In this document: in pieces, positions 1-21,059 of the stretch
Layout: the number at the start of each line of letters is the position of its first letter
Position numbering within the stretch: the first letter of the stretch is position 1
NCBI GenBank assembly: GCA_037447605.1
Contig: CM074822.1
Span: 1,697,492-1,761,491 of the forward strand
Source of the DNA: Zygnema circumcarinatum SAG 698-1b
Lineage: Eukaryota; Plantae; Zygnematophyceae
Reading direction: 5' to 3'
Length of the DNA stretch: 64,000 nt
Program-made: the position numbers and the translations under genes
Notes under the pieces: model-generated
Told to the model about the DNA's origin: nothing
Databases searched by the model: none
What the model saw: only the letters and a program-made list of their open reading frames with translations

Positions 1-96
1 CTTACACCTCTCTCTTTCTCTCTCTCCCTCTCTCTCTACTGGGCCGCAGCTCTTGTATTGGGGATTGACCTTTTTCCGAGAGTATGATTGGTGCAG

Positions 97-3598
<3,502 letters not shown>

Positions 3599-3697
3599 AG
3601 TGGGAGGGACGGAGGAGGGGGGGGGAGGGAGGGAGGGAGGGAGGGAGGGAGGGAGGGAGGGAGGGAGGGAAGTGAATGAGGGAGGGAGGGAGGGAGA

Positions 3698-4022
3698 GAG
3701 TGAGGTCTGCAAAACCATCACTACTTCTCTGTCGAAGTCTTCAAGTTAAAGGGAGTGCGAGGGTGAGAGAGCGAGAGAGAGAGAGCGAGAGAGAGGGTCT
3801 GAAAGTCTATTCAGGGAGAGAAGTGAAGGGGGTCTGCATCTCCATCACCACTTCACAGTCAGAGTCTTAAGTCAAAGGGGGGGAATGACAAAGGGAGAGA
3901 GAGAGTTTATGGAGATAAGGACGGAGGAGGGCGGGCGAGAGGGAGGGAACTGAAGGGGGAAGGGAGTGAGGTCTGCATCTCCATCACCAGTTCACCGTTA
4001 GAATCTTCAAGTCAAAAGGAGA
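3698..4022 (+). repeat. Three diverged ~55-bp direct repeats separated by GA-rich spacers, downstream of SQD2
   Basis: GGTCTGCA..CCATCAC..TTC..G..AG(A/T)CTT(C)AAGT(T/C)AAA occurs at about 3700, 3830 and 3968. Confidence 0.6.
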
Positions 4023-5169
4023 GTATGTGTGAGAGAGAGTGGGAGTGCCACGTTTTTTTTGTTTCAGAGAAGGTGAAAGTAGAATGGGGAATCTGTAAGC
4101 ATTGTGAGGAATGTGGACTGCTGCAGGGCTCGTTCTCCTCCTTGGTAAAATATTTTAATTCTGTCCCCTTTGCTGCAGTGATGGAAAGAATTTTGGTCAC
4201 GGTCGAGGAAACTTTTTGGTGCCACCCGCTTTCTCCTTCTCACTAACCGCTCCGGTTCAATCTTTCTAATTGAAAGAACAGCGGCGTAGTTTTTATCTTT
4301 TCAGATATGAGAGCAATGCGGCGGTGGACCATTCGGTTAGACTGGAAAGGTCTACGACTGATGGTTTTGGGGTCTATCTGTGAGCAGAGTCGTTTAGGTC
4401 GTTTAGGTCCCATGCCTTTTCTCTGTTATTCAATAGTGAACAGGTAGACAGTCTGTTGAGAAAGTGTGTAGGTTGAGAACCGAGGTAAGAGTGGGAAGGA
4501 AAGAAGACTTGTGCTGTTCTTTGAAGTTTTCTGAATTGGACTGCAATGACGAATAAAGGGTCGAGTTAGCTTTGGTCAGCACAAATTTTGTTTGGTACCC
4601 TTTAGCTGTTTATGATATTTTGGATTCGTTCATACTCCCCCTCCCCTACTTTTGATCCAAGTTGGTTTATTTTATGTCGTGTCTGTTTAAAACCATGAGT
4701 TCATTTGTGAGCGGTTGGCCCCTCGTGGTTCCTCCTGTTTCCTTTTCCTTCGACCTTTGATGGCATCGCTATCGTGAGACCAATGCCAATCAATCCCTAA
4801 CTCACAAACATCACTTTCAGCGAAATATAAAACCGGAAGAGCAATCCGTAGTAAAGAAATAGCTCGATCACTGAAGGCATAAAGTAGCAGTCCTCTTAGC
4901 AATATTCCGGGCCTCGGCTCATATAACTGAGAGCTTTTTCTCATGTAGTCCTATACTTAACCTAAGTAAGGTCGCGCCAGGATAGATCCAATCTGAGTAC
5001 AACCTCGATACACTATGTACAAGTTTGAGCATCTCAATTCTTAAATTGCAAAGCAGCCATGCATCTTCTTCTTTTCGTTCTGTCCTCTCCTACCCTCTCT
5101 CTCTAAACCTTGATTCTAACCCTCACTCGAATTCTCGACATTTTTCCGCACATCCCTTCTTCTTCCCTT

Positions 5170-5525
5170 TTGTTGTACCCTAATCCTAGCCCTAATCCTA
5201 ATCCCAATCCTGACCCTCCTCCTTTTCCTCATCGCAACTCTTTCGTATCCAACGTCGTTCCACTCACTACCGTAGCCCTAATCCTAATCCTAACCCTAAT
5301 TCTCTACCACAGCGTCAAAATAACTCCTTTTTCCTCTCTTCTCAAACCCCCGACCCTAAAACTCTACACCCTAACCCTAACCTTAAACCATCCTCTCCTC
5401 TCCCCCTATCCCCAACCTTTGCCCTCATGCCCTTTCCCTAACCCTAAGCCTAACCCTAACCCTAACCCTGAAGTCCTCACTCCTCTCTTCCACCTCTGAC
5501 AAACCCTAACCCTAAACCCGAAACC
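5170..5525. repeat. Degenerate AACCCT/AATCCT telomere-like repeats in the GT43 promoter/5' UTR
   Basis: Runs such as CCTAATCCTAATCCCAATCC and CCCTAACCCTAACCCTG. Confidence 0.7.
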
Positions 5526-5544
5526 CCTCTCCTTCGCTGCCGCC

Positions 5545-10056
<4,512 letters not shown>

Positions 10057-10411
10057 ATAAAGTTCACAAATTCGAGATTTCTTTTTTATTTTTTAACATT
10101 ATCAAGATGGTTTGTTTCGTTTCATGATTTTTTTCGTCTAAACACCCTAACAACCCTAACCCCCCCCCGCCCCCTCCACGTGGCGGCTCATCATTGGCTG
10201 CCGCGTGTCTCGCTGGCAGGCAATAAAGCGTTACACTGTAATTCTGTTTCTTTTTTGGCGCTGGAAAACTCGGGGTCTCTTGACTTTAAAGAGGTTTGGA
10301 AGAAAGTGTGACTTTATAGACGTTACATTAAGAAGGGTTGACTTTAGAGAGGATCCACCTGGAATAGTTGACTTTAGAGAGGTTCCATGAAGACGAGGAA
10401 GCTGTAGGGAC

Positions 10412-10782
10412 TAGGGATGGATTAGTTACGATTATATATTATATATTATATTATACAACTGTGACGAATAGATAACGACTGATATATATTAATTTACAAC
10501 GCCTTTACAACATGTACGGTCGTACGGTCGTACGACTGTACGGTATTACGGTATTTTGCGGCCCGAGCACGAGCAGACAGAAAAAACCAACGCATTTCGC
10601 AACGCCAACGCCAAAACGACCTAATTTTGGTATGGTACGACCGTACGACCGTATCATTAATTGTTCAAAACGAGTGGGTATAATATATGTAATAAAGTGT
10701 TTTACTTTGTAATATATTACTAATTTTAAACCCGTTGTAAATTATATAATATATTCGGAATTTATAACGTAGGCCATCCCTA
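10412..10782. mobile_element. hAT-type MITE
   Basis: TIRs TAGGGATGG / CCATCCCTA. Perfect 8-bp TSD GTAGGGAC at 10404-10411 and 10783-10790. Internal inverted CGTACGGTCGTACG / CGTACGACCGTACG subterminal motifs. Confidence 0.85.
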
Positions 10783-10959
10783 GTAGGGACTCCTTCCATT
10801 AACAAAAAATGACTTTATAGGGCGGCGCAGGGTTTAGGGCTTAGGAAGTTCTGGCGAGTTCCAGCGGGTCTTTATGCTGTGTAGTTCCGTTAAGCGTCGC
10901 AAACCCTCTCCATGTGTTTGCTTGTACGTCCTCCAAATGAACAACAACGCTGTTCCTTT

Positions 10960-12095
10960 CACCCCCACTCACTCTCCCACTCTCTCCCCCTAACACTCTC
11001 TCCCACACTCGCTCCCCCCTCTCTTTCTATCCCACTCGCTCTCCCACTCGCTCTCCCCCTCTCTCTATCCCACTCTCCCTCTCTCCTTCTCTCTCTCCCT
11101 CTTCCTCTCCCCCTCTCTCTCCCTCTCCCTCTCTCCCTCACTCTCTCCTCTCTCGATTGCAGCCTCTTTTTCTACCCATCTCTCCCTCCCACTCCCCCCC
11201 TCTCAATTCCCCCTCTCTCCCCACCTCCCGTCTCTATCCCACTCTCTGTCCCTCTCTCCCTCACTCTTCCTCCCTCTCGCCCCCTCTCTATCTCTCTCTC
11301 GCTCCGCCCACTCTCCCGCTCTCTCCTCACTCGCTCCCCCCCCTCTCTCTCTCCCTCTCTCGCTCCCGCCTCTCTTTCTATCCCACTATCTCTCCCCCTC
11401 TCTTTCTATCCCACTCTCCCCCTCTCTCGCTCCCCCCTCTCTTTCTATCCCACTCCCCTCTCTCCCTCTCTCTCTCCCTCTCTCCCTCTCTCTCTCCCTC
11501 TCTCCCTCACTGTCTCACCTTCTCTCTCGATCCCACTCTCTTTCTCCCCATCTTTCCCTCCCTCTCCCCCCCTCTCTCTTCCCCCTCTCTCCCCACCTCC
11601 CCTCTCTATCCCACTCTCTGTCACTCTCTCCCTCTCTCGCTCCCCCATCTCTTTCTATCCCACTCTCCTTCTCCCCCTCCCCTCTCTCCCTCTCTCTCCC
11701 TCTCTCCCTCACTCTGACTCCCGTTTCTCTCTCCCCCTCCCTCGCTCCCCCCTCTTTTTATCCCACTCTCCCTCTCTCTCTCCCTCTCCCTCTCCCCCTC
11801 TCTCTCTCCCTCTCTCTCCCTCTCTCTCGATCCCACTCTCTCTTTCTCCCCATCTCTCCCTCCCTCCCCCCCCTCTCTCCCCACCTCCCCTCTCTATCCC
11901 ACTCTCTGTCCCTCTCTACCTCTCTCTTCCTCCCTTTCTAACCCTCTCTCGCTCCGCTCTCTCCCCCTCTCTCCTCTCTCCTCACTCACTCGCTCCCCCA
12001 CTCTCTCTCCCTCTCTGCCTCTCTCTCCCGCTCTCGCTCCCCCCTCTCTTTCTATCCCTCTCTCCCTCTTCCTCCCTCTCTCCCTCTCTCTCTAA
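10960..12095. repeat. Degenerate CT-rich minisatellite (recurrent CTTTCTATCCCACTCTCCC) running into an assembly gap
   Basis: Low-complexity pyrimidine array ending at the N run. Confidence 0.85.
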
Positions 12096-12105
12096 NNNNN
12101 NNNNN
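12096..12105. other. Assembly gap (10 N)
   Basis: Run of n characters. True distance across the gap is unknown. Confidence 1.
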
Positions 12106-14229
12106 CCTCAAAAAAATAACTTTTTTTGTCAGATAGCGCTCCGTGAATCCAGAACGATATCCCACAAGACCCGGTTGACCCCAGATCCACTGTAGCGCAA
12201 AATCCGGATTCCCCGCCGGACCCGCCGGATCCACGCGTTGAAGTCGCAGGTCCAAAAAAGGTCGATACCGCACCGCCCGCCCAGCTGGCCGCCTCGCAAA
12301 ACGCCAAAAAATGGCCGCCAATTCTGTCGTTTAGCTCTGCCAATTTTGGGCGGCAGGGACTGTCTTAAGTGCAGATTCTGGATTTGGCGCGCCTCAGAAC
12401 AATGTAATTATCCAATCATGGACTACCACGTGGACTCAAACAGCTGTTAGTGACACCTGGCAAGGAGATTTTGGACACCTGGCGATCTATCGTGGTTCGT
12501 ACGAGTAATCAATGATCAGATTCGCTACGAGCCGAGTATGCCTGTCGGCGCTTGTCCTTTTATGGAAAGGAAATTTGTACGGTTCCCCGGTCGGGCCCAA
12601 TTATCTCGTAGCGTACATTAATTTGTAAATACGTGGCAAATGGTGATTGGCGCAGATAAATAATCAAATTTCAAATCAAGAATTCAGGTTATTAAATAGC
12701 CCTGCCACGTGTTTGAGCCGTACAGATGCAATGTCGCGGTTGGAAGTAATTTCGGAGACTAAAGGCCTAAACTTGCCAGCACTATTTTGTCGTCACACGC
12801 GGTCTCTATTTCAATTTTGTCTGACGTGTACTGCAGGACAAGCCTGCCAGTTCACACAGAGCCATTGCTGAGTCATAGAATCTCATAGACGATCGTTCGG
12901 CTGTGGATCCCGAATCCGTAAAAATGGAATCAGCCTTGAAGATTCCAATCTGCCAATCTTTAGTCAACCAAAAGATGCCACGTAGGTTCTGTGGCTTACG
13001 TGGCGTGACATAATTGAAGATTTCAGACGGGAAAAGTTCAACCAGTCTTGCTCTCATAAGTGGCCTCCAGTTGGGGTCTTTCAAATTCGTACAGTCCAGC
13101 TGATTCGACACGTCAGCACGATCTAAATCGAATCCGATTGCGCGCGCATCAAATAGGACCGGCTGCGTTTGTCCTCTATGGCGTGCGATTGTGTACGAAA
13201 AAAGGTGTCGTTTTCGACACCTTTGTCAGCATTCGCCTTGGTCCTACATCCTGTTCGGCACAAACCGGAGGCGTCATTATCTGTTGGTACAGAAATCGTC
13301 TATTGTCCGTACATGCATTTCGTCGTTTTATGCGAAAAAAATTGTCAATTTGCCGTTCCATGGCCATCTACCGTTTCGTTTCTTCCTTGTCGAAAGTGAC
13401 CCTTCAACTCCACCGACCGTCGAAATGGTTTCCAATGGAAATCCGTCACGTGTAACTTTTCTTCACGTGGCACTCTCCCATTCGTTGCTCGCTCAAAAAA
13501 ACCAGGTTTTTCCGCCAAAAACGAAAGCCGGTTTGTCCCCTCCAATCGCACCAAACCCGGTTGGCTCTTAGGAACGAATCCCACCCTCCCTACCACTCAC
13601 ATCCGTCCGATCTGCCACGTGGTGACCATCCGACGGCTCTCCTACCAACTGGCCCTTTGGCGCGCCCTCCACCGACACTCCCTTGCCCGCCCAATCGGCT
13701 TCCCCTCGTTTTCCTCTGCCACGTGGCACCAATTGGCTACCACATACCTCCACGTGTCACCAATTGGCTTCTCCCGTTTCACCACGTCACCCTCCGCGCC
13801 TCCTCGCCCGCGTCCTTGCCCTTTGGAGCGCGCCAACGACTCACACATGTGAGTCCCCCCGCCAGCCAATCAGCGCGCTTCTTTTCTCCCTCTGCCGCAA
13901 ATCGGGCCCTGTCCGTACATTTCTCCGGAAATTGTGGCGCTAATGACAGGCGGAAGCGCTCCGTCCGTACATTACGCACTGTCTCCGTACTCTGCCGTAC
14001 GTTCGTACGGCCGCCGCCGCCGTCAGTCGCGCCGACGGCAACCGCCCGCCCTCACTTCCTACAAATCCTCCTCCCAAACATTAAGCCCTTATTCCCTCCC
14101 TCCCTCTCTCTCGCCCTCTCCCTCATCCTCTCCCTCTCCCTCTCCCTTTCCCCCGGACCCTCTCCCTCTCTCTCTCTCCCTCTCCCTCTCCCTCTCCCTC
14201 TCCCTCTCCCTCCCCCTCAAAATTAAACA

Positions 14230-15081
14230 ATGGAGGGGCGTGCGAGGCCCACATCCCTCTCCCTCCCTCTCCCCCGCCCCCTCTCCCTCCTCTCCCTCTC
14301 TCTCTCCCTCTCCCTCCTCCTCCCCTCCGCCCTCGCCTACATCAAAGTCGCCACTCCCGACCAGAACTGGGACACAGCCCCCTACCGCGGCGCCAAGCTC
14401 GGCCGCAACCGTTGGTACAAGGGCAGTGCCACGTGGTACGATTTCAGTGGCGGATCCCCTGGAGCGTGCGGCTATCCCTGGTCCGTTGTGAACTCGATCG
14501 ACTTCGCGGCCACCCCTGATCCACGCTGGCAGACCTCCCTCACGCGCCACGTGGCCAATTGGGGCGGCATGGCCTGCGGGCAATGCTACGAGGTGAAGTG
14601 TTTGGCTGTGCCGCGATACGGCCGGAGGGTCTACTGCAATAGAGGGAACCCCTCTGTCATTGTGCAGATAACGGATTACGATGTGCCCGGAACCAGGCCC
14701 GGCGGGAAGTCATGGCCCAACAACCACTTCGATCTGAAGCCGAGCGCTTTTGCTAAGATAGCGGACAAAGCGGCGGGGGAGATCAACCTCATGTGGAAGA
14801 GGGTCCCCTGCGACATGAGGAGGACATGCAAGTGGATGCTATGGCATGACTCGAACGACTTTTGGCACAACATGGTCATCTACAACATTCCGGGAGTTGG
14901 GGCGATGACCAATTTGTATGTGCGGCCGGCGGGGCACAAGAAGTGGATGAAGCCGAAGAGGTCGTGGGGGGTGCATTGGGACGTGCTCGGGTTCATGAAG
15001 TTGGATCGGAGTACGGAGGTCTATGCACGGCTCGCGGAGGGGAAGAAACAGGTCAAGTGTGAGTATTCTCCGACGACGTAA
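14230..15081 (+). CDS. Expansin (DPBB + CBM63 domains, secreted); final ~20 aa / last exon unresolved
   Basis: Signal-peptide-like N-terminus. Motifs ATWY, GACGY, GMACGQCYEVKC, VIVQITD, NHFDL, AGEINLMWKRVPC and WGVHW. Candidate donors at about 15053 and 15060 are followed by a long purine tract. Confidence 0.88.
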   Translation: MEGRARPTSLSLPLPRPLSLLSLSLSLSLLLPSALAYIKVATPDQNWDTAPYRGAKLGRNRWYKGSATWYDFSGGSPGACGYPWSVVNSIDFAATPDPRWQTSLTRHVANWGGMACGQCYEVKCLAVPRYGRRVYCNRGNPSVIVQITDYDVPGTRPGGKSWPNNHFDLKPSAFAKIADKAAGEINLMWKRVPCDMRRTCKWMLWHDSNDFWHNMVIYNIPGVGAMTNLYVRPAGHKKWMKPKRSWGVHWDVLGFMKLDRSTEVYARLAEGKKQVKCEYSPTT

Positions 15082-17042
15082 GGGGAGGGAGAGAGAGGGT
15101 GGGAGGGGAGGGGGGGGTGAGTGAGTGTGGGAGAGGGGAGGAGAGAGAGGGGAAGGGAGAAGAGTGGAGAGAGAGGGAGTGGGAGGGAGGAAAAGAGAGG
15201 GGGAGAGGGGGAGAGGGAGAGAGGAGGGGGAGGGAGGAGGAGAGTGGGGAGAGAGGAAGTGGGAGGGGAGAAAAGAGAAAGGGGGAGAGACGAGAGAGAG
15301 GTAGAGGGAGAGAGGAGAGAGAGGGAGAGGGAGGAGGAGAGTAGAGTGAGAGGGAGTGGGAGGGCGGAAAAGAGAGGGAGAGGGAGAGAGGAGAGTGAGA
15401 GGGAGAGAGGCGAGAAAGAGAGGAGAGAGAGGGACTGGGAGAGGCGAGAGAGTGGGAAAGAGAGGGAGGTGAGAGAGAAGGAGAAGTGGGAGAGTGGGGC
15501 TGTGGGACACAATGTGGGTCAGAATTGGGGGGGGAGAAAATTTGGAGAGGGCGAAGTTAGATTCTTTGGTCATCTGTTTCAGAGAATAAGGTTAATAAGG
15601 GAGAAAGAAGCTTGAGGGCAAATTTGTTCTTTAGATTTTATTTTTAATTCCCTGAGAGAAGCTGGGAGCGAGGATGGAGGGAGGGGGAGGGAGGGAGGGA
15701 GGGTTCGTTTTCTTCACTCTGAATAGTCGGGTATAATTGGCTTTTTGTTGAGATCGTTCGACTTTTATGTTCATTTAGAACTTCTTAAGCCAGAAATGTG
15801 GTTGATTCTGATATAGGCTTGACAGGCTTGCTCAGGCTGAGTCTAGCTCTGTGTGGTCCCCAGTTCAGTTTTTTGTTACCCTGAACTGAGCAGTACTGAT
15901 AGGCGCAGATAGACGGTAGCTCAATTCATTTTTTGGGGCCCAAAGCATTTGGAAATAAGGCTGGGGAGGTTCTGAGTTCGATCTTCAGTTAGGTAAATGT
16001 ACTTTAAAGGGATTAAAAAAGTAGAAATTGGGTATTGATTATTTTGGCAATGGAGAACTGCATGTATTTTTAAGATAGGAGCAAGCTCTCCTGTAATTTG
16101 TTGAAAGCTTCATTTTACCAAAATAGAGGAGTGACAAGCATTGGTCTTTTTCTGGCATCTTATTGTTGATTCTGCTTTTATTTTTTTTTCTCTCTTGAAA
16201 ATAATGCAATGATGGCTTTCTGTTACATGGGAAAAGAGTAAACAAAATAAAGGCTTGAATTTTTTTCTAAGCTTAAACCCTAAAACCCTAAAGAGTCTGT
16301 AAATGTGGCACCCTCCAATAGAATCTTGCCAAGTGGCGCTCTCCTAAACTGTCCTCCTTCAGATATTGGCCGGAGGAAATTGGAGAGTTTTTTCTCAGAT
16401 CTCAATTCGATTCTCTCCACTCCTCACTCTCACGCGGCAGGCCCTTTCGTCCCCTCTCCCTCTTAACGGGTCTGTCTCCCTCTTAACGGGTCTGTCTCCC
16501 TCCCTCTCTCGCTCAGGCCCCTCCCTCACTCCCCCTCTCAAGCTCGCCCTCTCCCTCTCTCTCTCTCTTGTGCTACTTCTGTCTCCTCCCTCACTCCTGC
16601 ACGTGGCATCCCGTCCCTCCCCTCTCCCACTCTCGCGGCAGCCTATCTCTCACTTTCTTCCTCTTCCTCTCGTGCCCTCTTCCTCTCTTGCACGGTGTAT
16701 CCCTCAACCTCCCTCTCTCTCTCTAACGGCAGCCCTTCTCTGCCCCCACCCTCCCAGGCCATTTCTCACTCCCTCTCTCTCCCTCTCCCACTCGCTCTCC
16801 TTCACTCCCTTTCGGTTTCTCCTCCACCCACACTCTCATACACAACTCTCTCTCCCCCCTCTCTCTCTCACTGAGAAAACATTTTCACGGCTGCAACCTA
16901 CGTTCTTCACCTTGTTAAGTTTACGACAATCTGGAGCCATTGTAATCCTCCTCTAAGATCAGAACGTTTTGATGAGGCACAAATCATGCGGCTTTGGTAT
17001 GGTTAGCGAACCGCTGGCATTGGTTCAAGCCTTTGATGCCAG

Positions 17043-17225
17043 TGCTTGCCAACCGTTGGTATTGGTCCAATGGTTGCCAGCCGTTGGTATTGATGCAATG
17101 CCTGCCAACCGTTGGTACTTGTCCAAAACTTGCAACCATCTTCATTTTTCGTCCAAACCACTTGCCATTAGATACCGACAGGGGGTATTTGTCCAATGAT
17201 TGCCAACTGTTGGAATTGGTTCAAA
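17043..17225. repeat. ~28-bp tandem repeat with palindromic core CCAACCGTTGG
   Basis: Three adjacent units at 17043-17128 plus a further unit near 17198. Probably a transposon subterminal relic. Confidence 0.7.
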
Positions 17226-17695
17226 CATTAGTTGCCAATGTTTGCCAACCTTTGGCTTGGTGGACCAAGAACAGTGCAAATATTCGCAACCATTCACCAC
17301 TGGCAGACAACCAAACCAAGACAGTAGGACCATTATTGCCTTACAAGCATGCCGAGCAGGGTGGGAAGAGAGAAGGAGAAGAAGTGTTGAAGGGTGGGAA
17401 AAGAGAGTGGGAGAAAGCATCTCAATACTACCATCACTTTACGAAAACGAAAGAATTAAACGATACTTTCTTATAAAAAAAGACAGCATGTACCACTATT
17501 TATCAATTAACTTGAAGTTGAGTTTCAAGCACCGTCAAGGGGTTCGACTAGTATACAATTGTAAGTCCTAATAGTAGCTGTTCACATCATTCTCCCTAGA
17601 ATCAGCTTTATGTACATTTCTAGCTTTTGACGACCATAGAAACACCCTCCTCCTATGTTCCGCAATAAGCATTCGGAGCCTACCTCCCTTCTGAC

Positions 17696-20172
17696 TCAAA
17701 ATAACTTCGCCAATTTCACAAGCACGAGGAGGACAATCACAATGCCCACAATAAGAAGCATTACGATCATCATATTACACGTCTTGTTTGCTCTCTTCGA
17801 AACAGCCACTAGCCTTTTTTGCGCATTCTGTTGCCCCCCTCCAATTACAACTGAATCAGTTCACATGGAACTCCATGCTAGTGTTATTCAAAGAGAAGGA
17901 TCAGATTATGAGGGCCTGAAATCATCTCCATGCGTCTGAACAGATTGCTTTAGGAGGCAGCTGTGAAATGAGCAAAGATATTACGCACAGCAGAATAGCA
18001 TGACAGAGGCAGTCTTGAAAAAGAGGAGGCTGCAGAACTGCCAAACTGCACTGAAATTATTTACAGCTCTCAGAGATAGGCAGAATACAAGCCAGAAGAG
18101 ATCTTCTTCATCACTTGCAAATAATGCAAGAAAAAAGAAAGCGTACCTTCAACCGAGAGTTGGTAGAGTCCACATCAGTATCCAATTCATTCTGCGTCCC
18201 AAAACGACAAAGACAACCAACTTCCTCATTTTACTTGAGCAGTTTCAAGCTGGAATATTATCAAAGAACAAACAAGTAGAATAGCAAACACTATCATCAT
18301 AACTGGTGAATGTACAAACTTAGCAGATTCATGTAAGGCAGGATGAATAGAATCAAGGCTCGCAGCATGCACCTTCAATAACAGGGATATCTGCATTCAA
18401 AGGGTACAAAGCTTCTCTAAGCATCTGCATTGGGCCACATCAGATTAAGAGAATAGACGAGCAGCAACCCACCAGGAGGCGCGCATGGAGGTCTAACTCT
18501 CCGTTGATTGCAAGTGCTATGTGCTTTGTGCTGCTCACAGTCGTCTCTAACCCTACTAGCTCGTCATCTTGTTCTGCAAAGAGTAATACAAACATCCATA
18601 CAAGCTAACGTTTGTTATGGTTCAAGGAAGTGCGGCGTCCAGTTCATTCATCGTGGCCGGGGAAATAAAACAAAACTCCCCACATTTGGACATGAACTCC
18701 ACGGTCAATTATTCAAATACAAGGAAGGTACACCTCATCACTAAAACATGACGTGTGCTGACGAAAACTCCACGATGCTGTGACCTGAATAGCTTTCTCT
18801 TCCACTCGACCTACCAAGTACATCATTTAAGAATACCACAAGACCGCCTGCTCTGGCCCAGTGAAGAACAGCTGAACCATGTCCTTGAAATAGTATCATG
18901 ACGATGTCAAATAAAGAACACAAAATAGTCTGACCAAGCGGAAAGTAACTCTGCAATTCGGCCTTCCTGCAACTCTAGTTTTCCCCACTTCGCGTTCTAT
19001 GTGCCATTACCTCTCATCATTTGTTGTTGCAAAGAGACTACTCCCCGATTGTCGAGTCCGGCCGTCCTCTCTGTCTCCACTGCTGGCAAGGGCTTGCCGT
19101 CCATTCCAATAAGAGCAGCTCTGTTGCACATAATCCCCGAATCAACAAACGGCACACTTGTTTGCCAGTCCACGAAAGTCCACGCCCTTCTTTAGTACTC
19201 TTGTTTGCTCAAAACAATAGGTATTGCTATTGCACTGCTAGTAAGGATTCTAGGGTTACTGGACAATGACGGACGAGGCATACGTCTACAATTTGTTGTG
19301 GCTTAAGATAAGCAGAAATACGGCCTTAGCAAAGCACAAACCGGTTTGAAGCTTGGCTGGTACTAAGCGTTGTCGCCATTTGTTTAGTCTTGTATCGAAT
19401 GCCTAAGAGCATATCCTCACGCCGCCGAACTTCCTTCTCGCTCCTGGCAAAGGTGCAGGCGAAATTTCATTCAATACATCGTACTGTTATGGTCGTGATA
19501 ACACCAGTTTAAGTGGTGAGGCATTTCCTCCATTCACTGAAGGAAATTCAATTCCTTCCTTCGTTCTTCTGATGCTAACGCTCGCGTTGCTGACAAAAGC
19601 ACGGGGATCAAAGAAAAAGAGTTGACAAAGAGTACATAGAACTTCTAATGAAAACTGGTGGCATTAATCACCATGCTAGAAAAAAAAGGTCGGGCATTTA
19701 AGGAAAAGCAAGCGATGAATACATGCACGCTACGGCACATTTGTATACAGAAAGTATGCAGCGGCTTGCCATGAATCACAGTCACATCATCGAAAACCAC
19801 AAGAAAAATCAGACAAAGCCGAACTCATCGGCTGCATCTTCGAAAGGATCAAAGATGATTCCATTTCGAAAGAAAGAAAAACGTCCTTCATCATTACATT
19901 TCCGGCATCTGCAGAAACACAAGTGAGCAGTTTCCAAACAAACGAGCAACTTACAAGACCACTTTATCGGTAGGGCTCTTCAGAAGCGCCTCGAGGCGAT
20001 CAGCCTTCGTTCCAAGCATGGTAACTTTTCGCCGTGTTGCAGAAACGAGTCGCGAAGGGTCTTCGCGAGCCCTCACCATCGCGTTCCTCTCCTGAATCTT
20101 GGCATGGATGTCATCCGCAAGCTTCATGGCTTCATCAAACTCATGCAACCACGTATCACCTGCCAACGCCAT
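17696..20172 (-). CDS. SYP5: Qc-SNARE syntaxin of plants SYP5 (SYP51/52-like), 235 aa
   Basis: Exons 20172-19955, 19443-19342, 19120-19011, 18573-18473, 18191-18147 and 17827-17696 total 708 nt in frame. Sequence: MALAGDTWLHEF..RRKVTMLG..SEKEVRRRED..EQDDELVGLETTVSSTKHIALAINGELDLHARLL..DVDSTNSRL, then a C-terminal TM. Confidence 0.95.
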
Positions 20173-20851
20173 GCTGAACACAATACCAAACCCTAGAAAG
20201 ACAGAAATTCTTTCTCTCGCTTTCAGAGAGTGCACGGATATGACACTTCTGTTCTATATGCACCCGCTTATCAGCGGCTGCAAGCTTCACGGCAAATGCT
20301 GAACTCAAATACCAACCCTAAGAATGCTAAAAGGCTATTTTCCCCCCTACAAAAAGGTAAGAACGTTATTACGGCAATACGCGTCTATTCATTACTTATC
20401 AGAGGCCGAAAGCTTTTCAGCAAACACTGAACTTCAAACCAAACCCTAAAAATGCAAAAAAAATCCTTCCTCTCGCCAATAAAAGCACAAAAAGAGTACG
20501 CCTCTATTCTACATACACCGCTTATCAGCGCCTGAAATATTCACAGCAAGCTGCTACATCAGTTTGAATGCCGAACCACTTCTACAAGTGCTTCTCCTTT
20601 GAGAAAGCTCCTGCTTCCCTCCCTTCAAGAAGTGAACAGTTACAGGATGCTAGGACTAAGGAGCCTTCTTGGAGCGGCCCAACCGTCGGTCAACCGCCGG
20701 AACGGACAGGACGGATTACCGCGTATCGACAACTCCACAAAAGGAACAGCAGCCAATGAAAATGTGCCACGTTTGGACACGTTTCATTCTGTGAGTGGTC
20801 CAATTTGTAGAAAATTGTTATCCTCGATGGAGCCCCACCCATCCTACCCAC

Positions 20852-21038
20852 AGAAGTAATTGTCTTGAAAAAGGCTATGTCATGTCATGTTGTTGTTGTC
20901 TTGTTGGGCCTAGAAGGAATTGTCTTGAAAAAGGTTATGTCATGTCATGTTGTTGTTGTCTTGTTGGGCCTAGAAGTAATTGTCTTGAAAAATGTTATGT
21001 CATATCATGTTGTTGTTGACTTGTTGGGCCTAGAAGTA
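20852..21038. repeat. 60-bp tandem repeat x3
   Basis: AGAAGTAATTGTCTTGAAAAAGG(C/T)TATGTCATGTCATGTTGTTGTTGTCTTGTTGGGCCT begins at 20852, 20912 and 20972. Confidence 0.9.
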
Positions 21039-21059
21039 CACAGTTGCTCTCATGGCTTT

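Noticed and set aside
4687-4944. 85-aa minus-strand ORF
   Set aside because: No recognisable motif, splice support or homology recalled.
12107-13400. Repeat-like region after the gap with a possible TIR end (GGCAGGGACTG, 12352-12362)
   Set aside because: No matching opposite terminus or TSD is visible (it may be in the gap), and the ORFs show no transposase motifs.
15915-15990. tRNA-like fragment (TAGCTCAA ... GAGGTTCTGAGTTCGATCTTCAG)
   Set aside because: A- and B-box-like words are present but there is no D-loop GG, anticodon stem or acceptor stem. At most a heavily decayed relic.
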